UHGV virus genome: UHGV-1460385
Strand: one strand, 5' to 3'
DNA: 23,789 nucleotides
Origin: a virus
The translations under genes and the position numbers were made by a program. Each line of letters begins with the position of its first letter. Within the stretch, counting starts at the first letter, position 1. This document shows positions 6,775-15,820 of this stretch, one piece after another. The notes beneath the pieces were generated by a model that was not told where the DNA came from, did no database searches, and saw only the letters and a program-made list of their open reading frames with translations.

Positions 6775-7401
6775 TCAATGAATCCATTCCTCGCCGCGAA
6801 GTTTTGCCAGCATTGGCTGAGCGTTCTTTACGACAAAATTGTTGGTATCAAGATTCTTCATTTCACGAAGAAGTGATTTCTTGGTTTCTTCTGACATGTA
6901 GCGAGTCTCATATGCAATATCGTAAATCCTTCCTGAAAGCTCAGAACCAATTTGCTTCATTCCTGGGTAGATGTGTTTGCACATTTGTTGACTCTTCTCC
7001 ATCCACAATTGTAAGTAGCAGAGATTAACCAGTTCTTCGTCAGTAAACTGTTTTGCAATCGGTGAGCATTCTGCCTGCCGATCCAAAATATCCAGCACCC
7101 AGCGGCGGAACTCTTTGGCTACCGGAGTGCGAGCAAACATCGCGATTAGGTGGGCACCGCGTAGTGAGAAAACTCGCACTTTTTTGCGATAATTTCCTGA
7201 GGTACTCACTTCGAGTACCTGAGTCATTCCGGCGCTAAACTCATCGCTATACTTGTTATAAATCATTGTTACTGCACGACTATTTGCGTATTTAAGTGCA
7301 GATGCAATATTAGATGATGTAAACCAAACACCATGCATATCACGGGTGGGCACCAACTCAACTCCGTGGAAGTTGTAATCTGATTTTGCTACAATATTCA
7401 T
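6775..7401 (-). CDS. Bro-N domain antirepressor-like protein, 208 aa from ATG 7401
   Basis: NFHGVELVPTRDMHGVWFTSSNIASALKYANSRAVTMIYNKY...KKVRVFSLRGAHLIAMFARTPVAKEFRRWVLDIL fits the Bro-N prophage antirepressor pattern. AGGAAA 6 nt upstream of ATG 7401; the track start at 7506 is TTG. Confidence 0.8.
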   Translation of the reverse strand: MNIVAKSDYNFHGVELVPTRDMHGVWFTSSNIASALKYANSRAVTMIYNKYSDEFSAGMTQVLEVSTSGNYRKKVRVFSLRGAHLIAMFARTPVAKEFRRWVLDILDRQAECSPIAKQFTDEELVNLCYLQLWMEKSQQMCKHIYPGMKQIGSELSGRIYDIAYETRYMSEETKKSLLREMKNLDTNNFVVKNAQPMLAKLRGEEWIH

Positions 7402-7476
7402 GTTAGTTTCCTTGCATACGGTTACTGACATAGAGGCCCGGTTTGTGTTCGCGCACTGCCGGGCTTCACTATTTTT
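7402..7476 (+). ncRNA. Second sar-like antisense RNA candidate, opposite the Bro-N gene start
   Basis: Extended -10 TGcTACAAT at 7387-7395 on the plus strand, ending 3 nt before the complement of the Bro-N ATG (same geometry as at ant). Hairpin GCCCGG..CCGGGC (7436-7464) followed by U-rich TTCACTATTTTTATT. Weak -35, and the U-tract is interrupted. Confidence 0.35.
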
Positions 7477-7648
7477 ATTGGATGACAACATCGCCCTTTG
7501 CCTCAAGTTTCATCAATAACTCCATTCGATAAGCTATCTCTGCCTGAATTGACCTATGGCATCTTTTTGCTGATTCGCGGATATGTGAATCAACCTTTTC
7601 TGTAAAACGAACCTGACGCGGCTTGATGGAAGATATCTTTTCAGTCAT
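7475..7648 (-). CDS. Arc-like ribbon-helix-helix regulator, 57 aa; absent from the ORF track
   Basis: Translation by hand: MTEKISSIKPRQVRFTEKVDSHIRESAKRCHRSIQAEIAYRMELLMKLEAKGDVVIQ. Pattern of beta-strand (RQVRFTEKV) then two helices with RS-I-EI motif is typical of Arc/CopG. GGAG 6 nt upstream of ATG 7648; TAA at 7475-7477. Confidence 0.7.
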   Translation of the reverse strand: MTEKISSIKPRQVRFTEKVDSHIRESAKRCHRSIQAEIAYRMELLMKLEAKGDVVIQ

Positions 7649-7697
7649 TATGCACTCCTGTTTTTAAAAAACTCATAATCTCACTTTTTGTAGTTTG

Positions 7698-7726
7698 ATT
7701 ATTCACTCACACTCAGCATGAGTCAA
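7698..7726 (-). promoter_or_regulatory. Pant-like promoter for the Arc-like / Bro-N operon
   Basis: Minus strand -35 TTGACT (7726-7721), 17-bp spacer containing tandem CACTCA repeats, -10 AATAAT (7703-7698). Confidence 0.4.
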
Positions 7727-7747
7727 TGAATTTTTTATGGTGAACTA

Positions 7748-8389
7748 ATGAATTTTGACGATCAATTCCCATCAAGAGTATCTCTGGCAAGACAGTCCAG
7801 GGGTATGACGCAGGCGCAGTTGTCAAAATTAGCTGGTGTTGTTCAACGTCAAATAGCTGCATACGAGGGTGGTGAGGCTAAACCACGGCTTCGGGTATTG
7901 CAGGCATTAGCCAACGCATTAGGTACTACAGCTGAGTGGTTAGCTCTAGGTGAAGGTCAGGGTCCGGGAACAAAAAACGTCATGCCTGACGTTCTGGTAA
8001 AGCAAATACCAATCCTCAAACTAGATGAAGTTATGCATTACCTAAACACAGGTGAACATTCATCGTCTAGATTTCATCCGGCAATATACAATGTTGGTGA
8101 CTCTGCATTTGCATTGACTATTGAAGGTGAAGCTATGACTACAAGTTCAGGTATTAGCTTTCCCAGAGGATCGGTTGTCACGTTCAGCCCTCTAGTAAAA
8201 GCTAAAAGCAAAGATTATGTAATAGCATCATTGGATAAAGAGCAAATATTGAGCTTCAAACAGGTTTACATTGGTGAAATAGAGACAAACCTAGTATCCC
8301 TAAACCCAATGTATCCTAATATTCTTGTTAGAAATGAAGATGTTAGTATTTTGGCAACCGCAGTTTACCTTGAAATCCCGTTGCTTTGA
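7748..8389 (+). CDS. Lambda-CI/LexA-fold repressor (HTH plus S24-like C-domain) with Ala at the nucleophile position
   Basis: N-terminal Cro/C1-type HTH (MTQAQLSKLAGVVQRQIAAYEGGEAKP). C-domain aligns with lambda CI: FALTIEGEAM vs FWLDVQGDSM (Ser to Ala, codon GCT), LSFKQV vs ATFKKL (Lys kept), LNPMYPNI vs LNPQYPMI. Confidence 0.85.
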   Translation: MNFDDQFPSRVSLARQSRGMTQAQLSKLAGVVQRQIAAYEGGEAKPRLRVLQALANALGTTAEWLALGEGQGPGTKNVMPDVLVKQIPILKLDEVMHYLNTGEHSSSRFHPAIYNVGDSAFALTIEGEAMTTSSGISFPRGSVVTFSPLVKAKSKDYVIASLDKEQILSFKQVYIGEIETNLVSLNPMYPNILVRNEDVSILATAVYLEIPLL

Positions 8390-8449
8390 TATCCTTTAGG
8401 AAGCGACACATTATCATCTGGTATCCTGCTCAAAACTAAGGAGGTTGGT

Positions 8450-8638
8450 GTGAAGAAAAAATTTGTAAACGTTGCAAAGTGCGCAATTTTTATATTTTTT
8501 ATGACCTTTTACGGATTTAGTGCCGGAGAAGGTTTCGATCGTGATGCCAATGCATTCAGTTTCTTTTGTCTGTCTATAGTGGTCATAATTGTATGGGTGG
8601 AATTAAAGCAAACATTGTTTCATGTGCTAAGGAAATAA
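8450..8638 (+). CDS. Small two-helix membrane protein (62 aa) downstream of the CI-like repressor
   Basis: GTG start preceded by AAGGAGG at 5-nt spacing. Two hydrophobic segments (CAIFIFFMTFYGF and FSFFCLSIVVIIVWV). Same strand as the repressor, 60 bp downstream. Confidence 0.55.
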   Translation: MKKKFVNVAKCAIFIFFMTFYGFSAGEGFDRDANAFSFFCLSIVVIIVWVELKQTLFHVLRK

Positions 8639-8655
8639 CCATCCATGGCATTTAG

Positions 8656-10485
8656 TCACTGCTGTGTTGCCTCAGTGGCAAGCAGCGGTCTGATGGCATT
8701 TGCAGCGTTACTTAATGCTCTTTCATAGGCTGGCGTTCCTGCTTTGGTGTTTGCCAAACGTAAGAGAGCATTCCTTGCTGCTTTTGACTCATACAAGCGC
8801 ATCATTGCACCGAAACCAGCCTCAAGCCCCATTGATACGCCAAGAGTCGCAGTTGCGCCAATCGTCCTTATCCTGTTGGCTTGCGATTGTCCTGTCTGTG
8901 TTACTACATTTGCGGCGTCCGACCTTGCTGTTTGCTGTAGAACTTCATGAAGAGCATCAAGCTCTTTCATGTGTCTCCCACTGAATATCGTGTTATAGAT
9001 CTGACCGTCAGATTGCGACTTCAACTTATTTAACTCGGTAAGAAATTTTGTTGGCGAGTCTCCTGCTTTTTCTGCAATCTTGCTGATATAAGCAGCACGC
9101 ATAGCGTTCTTTCCATCTTCACTAAGAGCTGGCCATATCCTCTTAATATCTGATGGTTTTCTGCTGAATACAACACTGTTTATTAGCTCTGGAGTAAACT
9201 CTTTTTTAGCTTTGTTGAGATTATTCGCAATCCTTTTATTAAGAACCTTATTGAAGACGTTAGAGTAGTCAGAGTTTGCCTTGACGTATCTGGCGGCCTC
9301 TCCAGCCCCCAAATACCGCGCTGCGTTATTCCTCAAATCTGCCCCCATTGCCCTCTCCACGGTATCAGTTGCGGCTTTCGCGCTATTAGGAAAAACCATG
9401 GCATCTCCCTGAATACTTTCCCTCAAGGCTGACCGCAACTCTCTCAATAGACCAAAATCTATATCTGGTTTAGCAAGTTCTTCTCGCAAATCGGATAACC
9501 CGCGAATCAAATCCTTATTTGCCACTTTCCCAAGCCTATTAGCTCTGGTAAGTACGTTGTCGATAACCTTAATAGATTTTGATGTGTCAACTGGTGTGTC
9601 TCCCATTTTGGCTGTAATGTCTTCAATAACGCTTCCGGCCGAATCCTTCCTTGACTTCAGAGAACCATACAGATCGTCAACAACAACTGATGGGCTATAT
9701 TCACCATATTTCTCAAGCTGTTTTTTAACTAGCTGACTTCTTTTTGCATACTGCTCAGCTCGCTTTGAGCCTGTCCCGAGCAAAGCCCCCTCGGCATCCT
9801 GAGTTAGGCCGCGAGTGAAAGCATTTTTCGGCGGGATAACATCAGATGTCATTGGTGTCACGCCCATCGATTCTGAGGTGGCAATTTTTTTCGCTACTTC
9901 TGGCGCGATATCGCCTTTTATAGCCGTTATTCCACGCCCTATTCCCTTTGCTGCTGCGGAAAGAACACCCTGAGCAGCAAGGTTAACTCCGGCGTTTATG
10001 GCTGCATTTTGCGCGAAATCGCCTTTCTGGTTTGCGGCTTCTGCCAGTGATCCAATAGCCATGCTTCCTGCAGTTCCAACTCCTGGAACTAAATACCCGC
10101 CAATTGTTTCTCCAGCTTGCGCATAAGGGTCTGTTGGTCGATCTACTGGACGATAGACATCGTCCAAAACCTTGTGACCACCAAGCCCCTGGCTGATTGC
10201 ATTAATCAGACTTGCGCCACCCTGCAATACGTCAAATGGTATGTTTACCAGACCACGACCAGCCTGTTCTGCAATTTGCCCTGCACTTTGACCACCAGTG
10301 AGCCAATCGCCAGCTTGTTGCATCAATGATGGTTCTTCCTGTGTTGGTGCATTATTGGCCTGATTAACTGTTTGTTGCTGAACAGCCTGACCAGCAAAAT
10401 ACTCATCAATGGCGGTGCCAATATCTTCGGTGCTCGTACCATCAGGAAAGGTAAATGTCTTACCGTTTGCAGTTACTTTCATCAT
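8656..10485 (-). CDS. 16: Ejection (internal virion) protein gp16, 609 aa
   Basis: Same length as P22 gp16 and N-terminus [16 protein letters not shown] as I recall it; last of the three ejection-protein genes. ATGA overlap with gp20. Confidence 0.9.
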   Translation of the reverse strand: MMKVTANGKTFTFPDGTSTEDIGTAIDEYFAGQAVQQQTVNQANNAPTQEEPSLMQQAGDWLTGGQSAGQIAEQAGRGLVNIPFDVLQGGASLINAISQGLGGHKVLDDVYRPVDRPTDPYAQAGETIGGYLVPGVGTAGSMAIGSLAEAANQKGDFAQNAAINAGVNLAAQGVLSAAAKGIGRGITAIKGDIAPEVAKKIATSESMGVTPMTSDVIPPKNAFTRGLTQDAEGALLGTGSKRAEQYAKRSQLVKKQLEKYGEYSPSVVVDDLYGSLKSRKDSAGSVIEDITAKMGDTPVDTSKSIKVIDNVLTRANRLGKVANKDLIRGLSDLREELAKPDIDFGLLRELRSALRESIQGDAMVFPNSAKAATDTVERAMGADLRNNAARYLGAGEAARYVKANSDYSNVFNKVLNKRIANNLNKAKKEFTPELINSVVFSRKPSDIKRIWPALSEDGKNAMRAAYISKIAEKAGDSPTKFLTELNKLKSQSDGQIYNTIFSGRHMKELDALHEVLQQTARSDAANVVTQTGQSQANRIRTIGATATLGVSMGLEAGFGAMMRLYESKAARNALLRLANTKAGTPAYERALSNAANAIRPLLATEATQQ

Positions 10486-11861
10486 TCCACCGTAAATTGA
10501 ATGCCTGATTTTGACGTGTAGCTACCTCCTGCTGATTGCTGAGTAGCTGGCTGTTGCCTTGATGATTTCTTCCCGCCATTACCGACATTAACGTTATATT
10601 GCTGGTTGTAATTGTCGGTATATTGCTGAATGTCGCGCATTGATTGTTGTAGTGCTTCAGGGCTTGAGAAATCAACCTGTGGCATACCTTGAAAATACAT
10701 CTTTGCTTCTGCAACGGTGTTGATACCAGATGCCCCCATGTCTCTGGCTGCTGCAATGCCCTGATTCTGCATCTTTCCTTGGATTCGCTGTGCAGCGTTG
10801 TATAGTTTCCTCTGATCACCACCAGAGGCACGGCTACGAATATCTGCACCAAGAGCAGGAGAACCTGAAGAGCCTGTAATGCCAGTCATGAAGCCAAGAT
10901 CGTCAATTGATGCGCCAGAAATTGCATCAAGATCTTTCTTCATTGCGTAATTCTGCGCGCTTGCTGCCGACGTGGCCGGAGCAGCAATAGAGCCAGCAGG
11001 AACGCGAACCATGTTCCCCTCATTGTCTATTCCTTCGTAGAACGCGTTAGCACCTGCACCATGAAGCTTCCCGCCTACGGTTACAGTTCTTCCGTCTGCT
11101 AGTTGAACTGTGCGCTCATTATTACCAACAGCCCCTTTCATTGATGCTCTCTGCATCGCTAAATCCTGACCTCTCCGTGCAGTAGCAGCAGATAAATCCT
11201 GACCGCGCATCGTGATATCCTGACCACGAGCAGTTAACTGATTTCTTTCTCCTTCAAGTCGACGCCCCTCCATTCGATCTTTGATATCGAAGTACTTCTC
11301 ATGACCGAGAGAAAATAGTGCCAGATTACCTGTGAAGTGCTGGAAGCCCTGCGGGTCATTAACCTGCATTTCCGCAATAGTTTCTGGAGGGATACCTAAA
11401 CGACGCATCTCATTTTCGTTATCCATCATGAACCTGCCAAATGCACCCGGACCAAGCGACGAAGCGACCTGAGCCTTAAGCGCCAGATTGCCAAAATCAT
11501 CCCGCTGGGCGTCATCGACATACCCCATGCCTTTACGGACTTCCTCAAACTCTTCGGGGAATGCTGTAATAAGATTACGCATCTGCTCCCTGTCGCCGGA
11601 CGCATAAGCATCCGCATAACCTTTCTGGAATGCCGCTTTACGCTCCTGCTGTTGCTGCTGCTTATAAATATCAGCAACTCCAGCCAGACCACGAAGACCT
11701 GTCAGAGCAACGTTATTTGCACCTGATCGAGCCAGTTCATTGTTTTCGCGAATCAGACCAAGCGTTGCGTTAATGTCGCTTGCCTTTGGCGCATTCTCAT
11801 TTTGCGCACCAATTCCAGCCAGAAAACCACCAGAATTAATACCCTGTTGCCACGTAGCCAT
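10482..11861 (-). CDS. 20: Ejection protein gp20, 459 aa
   Basis: Synteny (gp7-gp20-gp16); Gly/Ala/Gln-rich low-complexity composition typical of P22-like ejection proteins. Confidence 0.9.
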   Translation of the reverse strand: MATWQQGINSGGFLAGIGAQNENAPKASDINATLGLIRENNELARSGANNVALTGLRGLAGVADIYKQQQQQERKAAFQKGYADAYASGDREQMRNLITAFPEEFEEVRKGMGYVDDAQRDDFGNLALKAQVASSLGPGAFGRFMMDNENEMRRLGIPPETIAEMQVNDPQGFQHFTGNLALFSLGHEKYFDIKDRMEGRRLEGERNQLTARGQDITMRGQDLSAATARRGQDLAMQRASMKGAVGNNERTVQLADGRTVTVGGKLHGAGANAFYEGIDNEGNMVRVPAGSIAAPATSAASAQNYAMKKDLDAISGASIDDLGFMTGITGSSGSPALGADIRSRASGGDQRKLYNAAQRIQGKMQNQGIAAARDMGASGINTVAEAKMYFQGMPQVDFSSPEALQQSMRDIQQYTDNYNQQYNVNVGNGGKKSSRQQPATQQSAGGSYTSKSGIQFTVE

Positions 11862-11871
11862 TGATTACCCC

Positions 11872-12564
11872 TTAAAACAACGAGCCAAGCAGACCAAGAC
11901 CAGCACCGATACCAGCACCCCACGGAGTTGATAGCTCGAGAGCACTGGCTATGCCACCACCCAAAAGCGCACCGGATGCAGCACCACTAACACCCTGCCG
12001 CAATGCTGACGGTCGGTTGGCGTTTGCCGCTGCAAGAGCCGCGCTTTGCTGTGAAATCTGGCTCATGTTGTTGGCATATGTCTGCCCGGCGTTTGCCTGC
12101 CCCTGAAGAGCGCCAAGACCGATATTTGCCAGGTTGTTGTAATTGTTCATTTGTCCAGACAGCCATTGCTGACCAAGCGTTGGTGCGATTGTTGCTAACT
12201 GATTACTGGTTGCGGTGGAACCCAATCCACCTGTTGCTTCCGCTGCCGCCAGACTCTGATAGCGCGCCTGACCAGCAAGGTCTTTATACTGCTGAGAGTT
12301 GTAATACTGGTTAAGTGCCTGACTTTGCCCCTCCAGAGACGATAAGTTTTCGAGGCTGCCTACATACTTATCAGCCAGAGGAGTAAACGGCTTCAGGTTA
12401 TTCATGATGGTGTTGAACTGCTGATTTTGCAGGTCTGCAGCATACTTCTGGGCTTCTGCTGCATACTTTGCGCTTTTATCAGAACTGCCACCTTTCCCGC
12501 CTTTTTCAGGGCAATAAGGTTCCTCGCCGCGCAGTTTTCTGCCCAGCTTAAATGCATATAACAT
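11872..12564 (-). CDS. 7: Ejection protein gp7, 230 aa
   Basis: Synteny and size near P22 gp7 (229 aa); N-terminus MLYAFKLGRKLRGEEP. Confidence 0.9.
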   Translation of the reverse strand: MLYAFKLGRKLRGEEPYCPEKGGKGGSSDKSAKYAAEAQKYAADLQNQQFNTIMNNLKPFTPLADKYVGSLENLSSLEGQSQALNQYYNSQQYKDLAGQARYQSLAAAEATGGLGSTATSNQLATIAPTLGQQWLSGQMNNYNNLANIGLGALQGQANAGQTYANNMSQISQQSAALAAANANRPSALRQGVSGAASGALLGGGIASALELSTPWGAGIGAGLGLLGSLF

Positions 12565-12566
12565 GG

Positions 12567-13022
12567 CTATCTCCCGTGATTCAGGAAGTCGATTAGTTCT
12601 TCGCGTGTGGCGCTGTAAAACGTCACGTCATCCACGCCTTTGAAGTATTTCTTGATGGTTCCTACACGCTTAAGGCCAATCATTGCGCAGTACATCTGCC
12701 CGTGGCGGAATTTGCGTGCAGCGAACGATGTGACGCACTGAACGGTGGTGTTAGTCAGAATGTATCGCCAGAACGCCAGCCCGATTTCCTTGCTGAATCC
12801 GCGAACCTCTGGCAGGTACATGGCGTGGCAATCGAATGTAAGCGGCTGAATCTCCTGATAGTAAACAATGCCGCCAAACTGACCGTGCACGTTAACCTCA
12901 AAGTAACGGCATTCAGGCTTGTAGTCGTATCCATCACCGTTGTTGCTCCCGGCAATAATGTCAGGGTGATTTCCCACGGCTTCTATCAGGTCGATGTTTC
13001 GTGTTGGTTTGAATGTAATCAT
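12567..13022 (-). CDS. 14: gp14 head/ejection assembly protein, 151 aa
   Basis: Synteny between needle gp26 and gp7; start overlaps the gp26 stop (ATGA). Confidence 0.85.
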   Translation of the reverse strand: MITFKPTRNIDLIEAVGNHPDIIAGSNNGDGYDYKPECRYFEVNVHGQFGGIVYYQEIQPLTFDCHAMYLPEVRGFSKEIGLAFWRYILTNTTVQCVTSFAARKFRHGQMYCAMIGLKRVGTIKKYFKGVDDVTFYSATREELIDFLNHGR

Positions 13023-13723
13023 CAGTCAATCAGCCCATGTAATCTAAGTGCTGTTTCAAGCGCCAGAATACGCTGCCGCGCCTGCTCCAAACCTGTAGCG
13101 ATAGCTGCGACTTCGGATTGTGTGTACGTAGTGCCGACAGTGTATGACTGGTTAGCGTTGAATGAGCCAAGAAGTGGCGTACCTGTGGCTGCAGTCCATC
13201 CGGTATTTCTTGCTCCAACAACCTGAATTCCATCAACTGAATATGATGTTTTTACATCCAGCGGTGACGCAAGAGACTGCGATTCTGTTACGGTTTTCGA
13301 TACGTAATCACTCTTAATGTCAGATACATCGCTTTCTACGCCATCCAGTCTTTTGTCAACAGTGACCAGATGCGCCTGAATATCGATAACCTCATCCAGC
13401 AAGTAATCAACATCGCTACGCAGTACGACTATCTTCCCTTCGGCGGTTGTTAACCTGACCTCAAGGAGATTTATCGCTTTTGTGTTTGCGGTGATTCTTG
13501 AATCGTGATCTGCCAGTTCGACGTCCTGTTCATCGTTTTTCACCTGAGCATCGTAAGCGCCCTGACCAGCCTGATTTGCCTTCCCGGCAATTGCGCCGAC
13601 ATCAGCCCCCTGATTAATGACATACAGCAGGTAAGACTGGCTGAATATATTGCGTGGAAGGATTGATGTATCGAGCCGCGTCGCCTGCACAATAACAGGG
13701 GTGTTGAGATTCGAATCAGCCAT
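13022..13723 (-). CDS. 26: Tail needle / plug protein gp26, 233 aa
   Basis: [36 protein letters not shown]...[19 protein letters not shown]...[12 protein letters not shown] matches my recollection of P22 gp26, and the length equals P22 gp26. ATG at 13723 overlaps the gp10 stop (TAATG); the track start at 13825 is GTG. Confidence 0.9.
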   Translation of the reverse strand: MADSNLNTPVIVQATRLDTSILPRNIFSQSYLLYVINQGADVGAIAGKANQAGQGAYDAQVKNDEQDVELADHDSRITANTKAINLLEVRLTTAEGKIVVLRSDVDYLLDEVIDIQAHLVTVDKRLDGVESDVSDIKSDYVSKTVTESQSLASPLDVKTSYSVDGIQVVGARNTGWTAATGTPLLGSFNANQSYTVGTTYTQSEVAAIATGLEQARQRILALETALRLHGLID

Positions 13724-15141
13724 TACTCGATCCTTATCTGAGCGCCAGACAGAGTGACAGGTGACTTCGTGATAACGCGCAATTTGAAGCCGACATTTTT
13801 CCTGATGCGCCCTACTCGCTTCCACAAAACGCGTTTGTCGTAAACGAACGGTTCATTCTGCTCAATCATCTGCTCTTTTCCCCAATTGATGCCGTCAGTG
13901 GTTGCAGAGAGGAACAGGCGGTCAGCGTACTGAGCGACACCAGTCGATGATTCAACTTCCAGATCAAAACATCTGGCGTTCTCAGCTTTGAAGAGTGGTG
14001 TAAACAACAGGTGTTCTTGCTGTAGCCCATACTGGCTGCTGATATCGAACTGCAATTTGCCGATAACCGATTCCAGCTTATCTCCGCACGTTATCTGATT
14101 GCCTTCGTAAATGAAGTCGATAGCGCGGTACACATCGTCATACAAGCCTGTTTTCAGCACACACCATTGCGGACCATTAGCGCTTGAAGATGCGTCATAT
14201 ACTAGGACGTGGCGCGGAAGGTGGATAATCAGCAACTCATGAGCATCAAAGCGCAACGATTCCATCACGCCATCAGCCAGTTCATCAGCAGTGTAGGAGC
14301 GGAGGATTTTCTCAATGCTCGCGCTGGCGATTGGTGACACCTGACCGGAACCGATGATGTACACAGACGGCGCACCCGTTGCCGGATTGCTGATGAACGC
14401 ATACGAATCAGCAAACGGCGTTTTGCAGTAGGTTCCGGCAATTCCTTTCTGCACCATCAGTGATGGCTGTGCGACATACAACGCGGCACCAACGGTGGTT
14501 GCGCCAGTCAGGGAGAAATATTCAATCGTTGATGAACCAAAGCATACGATGAAGTCTCGCCATGTTCCGATGCCGATGATGCCGTCAGGCTGCGATTCTG
14601 CGCGATATTGTGCGCTGTAGCGGTCAGGATGAGATTCGTCTTCAAGGTCAGTGATAAACCATGAATCAGTACCGTCTTTTGACCACGCATAACGCCCACG
14701 TAATCGCGTAATGTCGCGGACTGAGCCTAACTCATACTGCGTGAATCCGCTGTCTGTAGGCCAGTTTGAGACGGTTTTAACCGTACCATCATAGCGATAC
14801 TCGACCAGTTGACCATTAACGCCTACAGCCTGAGATGTTCGACCATGCGCCATTGATACGCGACCACTTCCGGCGACGTCACCGACTTCACTTTCTCCTT
14901 TGTACAGCTTACCACCACATACGCGATAAACAGCATTCTGCGCCATGTTGTACTCGACGCCCCGCGATACGCCGTTCACATCAGAACGTTTGGCAATGCC
15001 CGGGAATGAGCGAAGATATCCGCTGCTGTTGAGTATTTCTTTGGGCGTAGCCAGCATATTCACTGGCAGATAGTCGATATAGTCGGCGTTTCGAAAGTCT
15101 TTGCCGACACCTTTCATAAGCGGAAGTTGCTGAATCGGCAT
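13723..15141 (-). CDS. 10: Tail accessory factor gp10, 472 aa
   Basis: Same length as P22 gp10; synteny gp4-gp10-gp26. Confidence 0.9.
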   Translation of the reverse strand: MPIQQLPLMKGVGKDFRNADYIDYLPVNMLATPKEILNSSGYLRSFPGIAKRSDVNGVSRGVEYNMAQNAVYRVCGGKLYKGESEVGDVAGSGRVSMAHGRTSQAVGVNGQLVEYRYDGTVKTVSNWPTDSGFTQYELGSVRDITRLRGRYAWSKDGTDSWFITDLEDESHPDRYSAQYRAESQPDGIIGIGTWRDFIVCFGSSTIEYFSLTGATTVGAALYVAQPSLMVQKGIAGTYCKTPFADSYAFISNPATGAPSVYIIGSGQVSPIASASIEKILRSYTADELADGVMESLRFDAHELLIIHLPRHVLVYDASSSANGPQWCVLKTGLYDDVYRAIDFIYEGNQITCGDKLESVIGKLQFDISSQYGLQQEHLLFTPLFKAENARCFDLEVESSTGVAQYADRLFLSATTDGINWGKEQMIEQNEPFVYDKRVLWKRVGRIRKNVGFKLRVITKSPVTLSGAQIRIE

Positions 15142-15150
15142 TTATTCACC

Positions 15151-15612
15151 TCACGTACTCGGTTCATCTTTCTCGATGTAAAACCGATTCCACGTAAACG
15201 CGCTTTTTAACCCCGCCCCGCGAGGCATATCATTTCGCCGCTCAAGTGGTGGTATTTTGGTTAAAGCGATACAGATTGTTTGATATGCACTGTCAGCAGC
15301 GGTAAGGAGAGCGTCTGACGGCTGAATGACGTTATCCATGCACACTTGCACAGCGAGTTTCAAAGCGACGCCATCATTTGCCCATGCAGGGATACCTGAA
15401 TCATCGTCAGGTAACGGCATGATGCCGTTTTCTGTATCAGCAAACTGATATCCAAGCTCGATACCTTTAGCCTGCCATGCTGCCATCATGTCTTCGAGGT
15501 CATTAATGGCATCTTCAATTGCCTGAGGGTCAGCATCTGTCAACGTGGCATTGGAATACAGCCCGGCTTTTCGTAAAGCCTTTAGAACGAGATCACCCTT
15601 CGTTTTCGCCAT
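15151..15612 (-). CDS. 4: Tail accessory factor gp4, 153 aa
   Basis: MAKTKGDLVLKALRKAGLYSNATLTDADPQAIEDAINDLEDMMAAW resembles the P22 gp4 N-terminus as I recall it ([43 protein letters not shown]). Confidence 0.9.
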   Translation of the reverse strand: MAKTKGDLVLKALRKAGLYSNATLTDADPQAIEDAINDLEDMMAAWQAKGIELGYQFADTENGIMPLPDDDSGIPAWANDGVALKLAVQVCMDNVIQPSDALLTAADSAYQTICIALTKIPPLERRNDMPRGAGLKSAFTWNRFYIEKDEPST

Positions 15613-15781
15613 CTTCTTCCGCCTTAGCCACTTTTTGCTTCGTTGCGGTTTCTTCAGGAGTTTTTACCCAGCCTTTTTTCAGGTGAGATTTAACTTCTTC
15701 GTCATCAACGATGATGTAATCCAGCGAGTGGGGGCCGCAGGTGATCATCGTTCCCGGCTTATAAAGCATGATTTGAGACAT
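15593..15781 (-). CDS. Small hypothetical protein (62 aa) between coat and gp4
   Basis: ATG at 15781 with GGAG 6 nt upstream, placed immediately after the coat terminator. The track start at 15793 is TTG inside the terminator U-tract. Acidic C-terminus. Confidence 0.5.
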   Translation of the reverse strand: MSQIMLYKPGTMITCGPHSLDYIIVDDEEVKSHLKKGWVKTPEETATKQKVAKAEEDGENEG

Positions 15782-15790
15782 TTCGATCTC

Positions 15791-15817
15791 CAAAAAAAAG
15801 AGGGGCCGAAGCCCCTT
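15791..15817 (-). terminator. Intrinsic terminator directly after the coat gene
   Basis: Minus-strand GGGGC-TTCG-GCCCC followed by TCTTTTTTTT (plus-strand A8 at 15792-15799), 4 nt after the coat stop. Confidence 0.75.
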
Positions 15818-15820
15818 GGA

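Noticed and set aside
6775-7506. N-terminally extended versions of the Bro-N (7506), Rha-like (6737), gp26 (13825) and portal (20304) ORFs
   Set aside because: Extensions begin at TTG or GTG codons, lack ribosome-binding sites, and run through terminator hairpins or the preceding gene; internal ATGs with Shine-Dalgarno sequences fit homologue lengths.
7649-7747. LexA (SOS) box controlling the second antirepressor operon
   Set aside because: Only one CTG-N10 candidate (7654-7669) and it lacks the CAG half; no CTGT-N8-ACAG match found.
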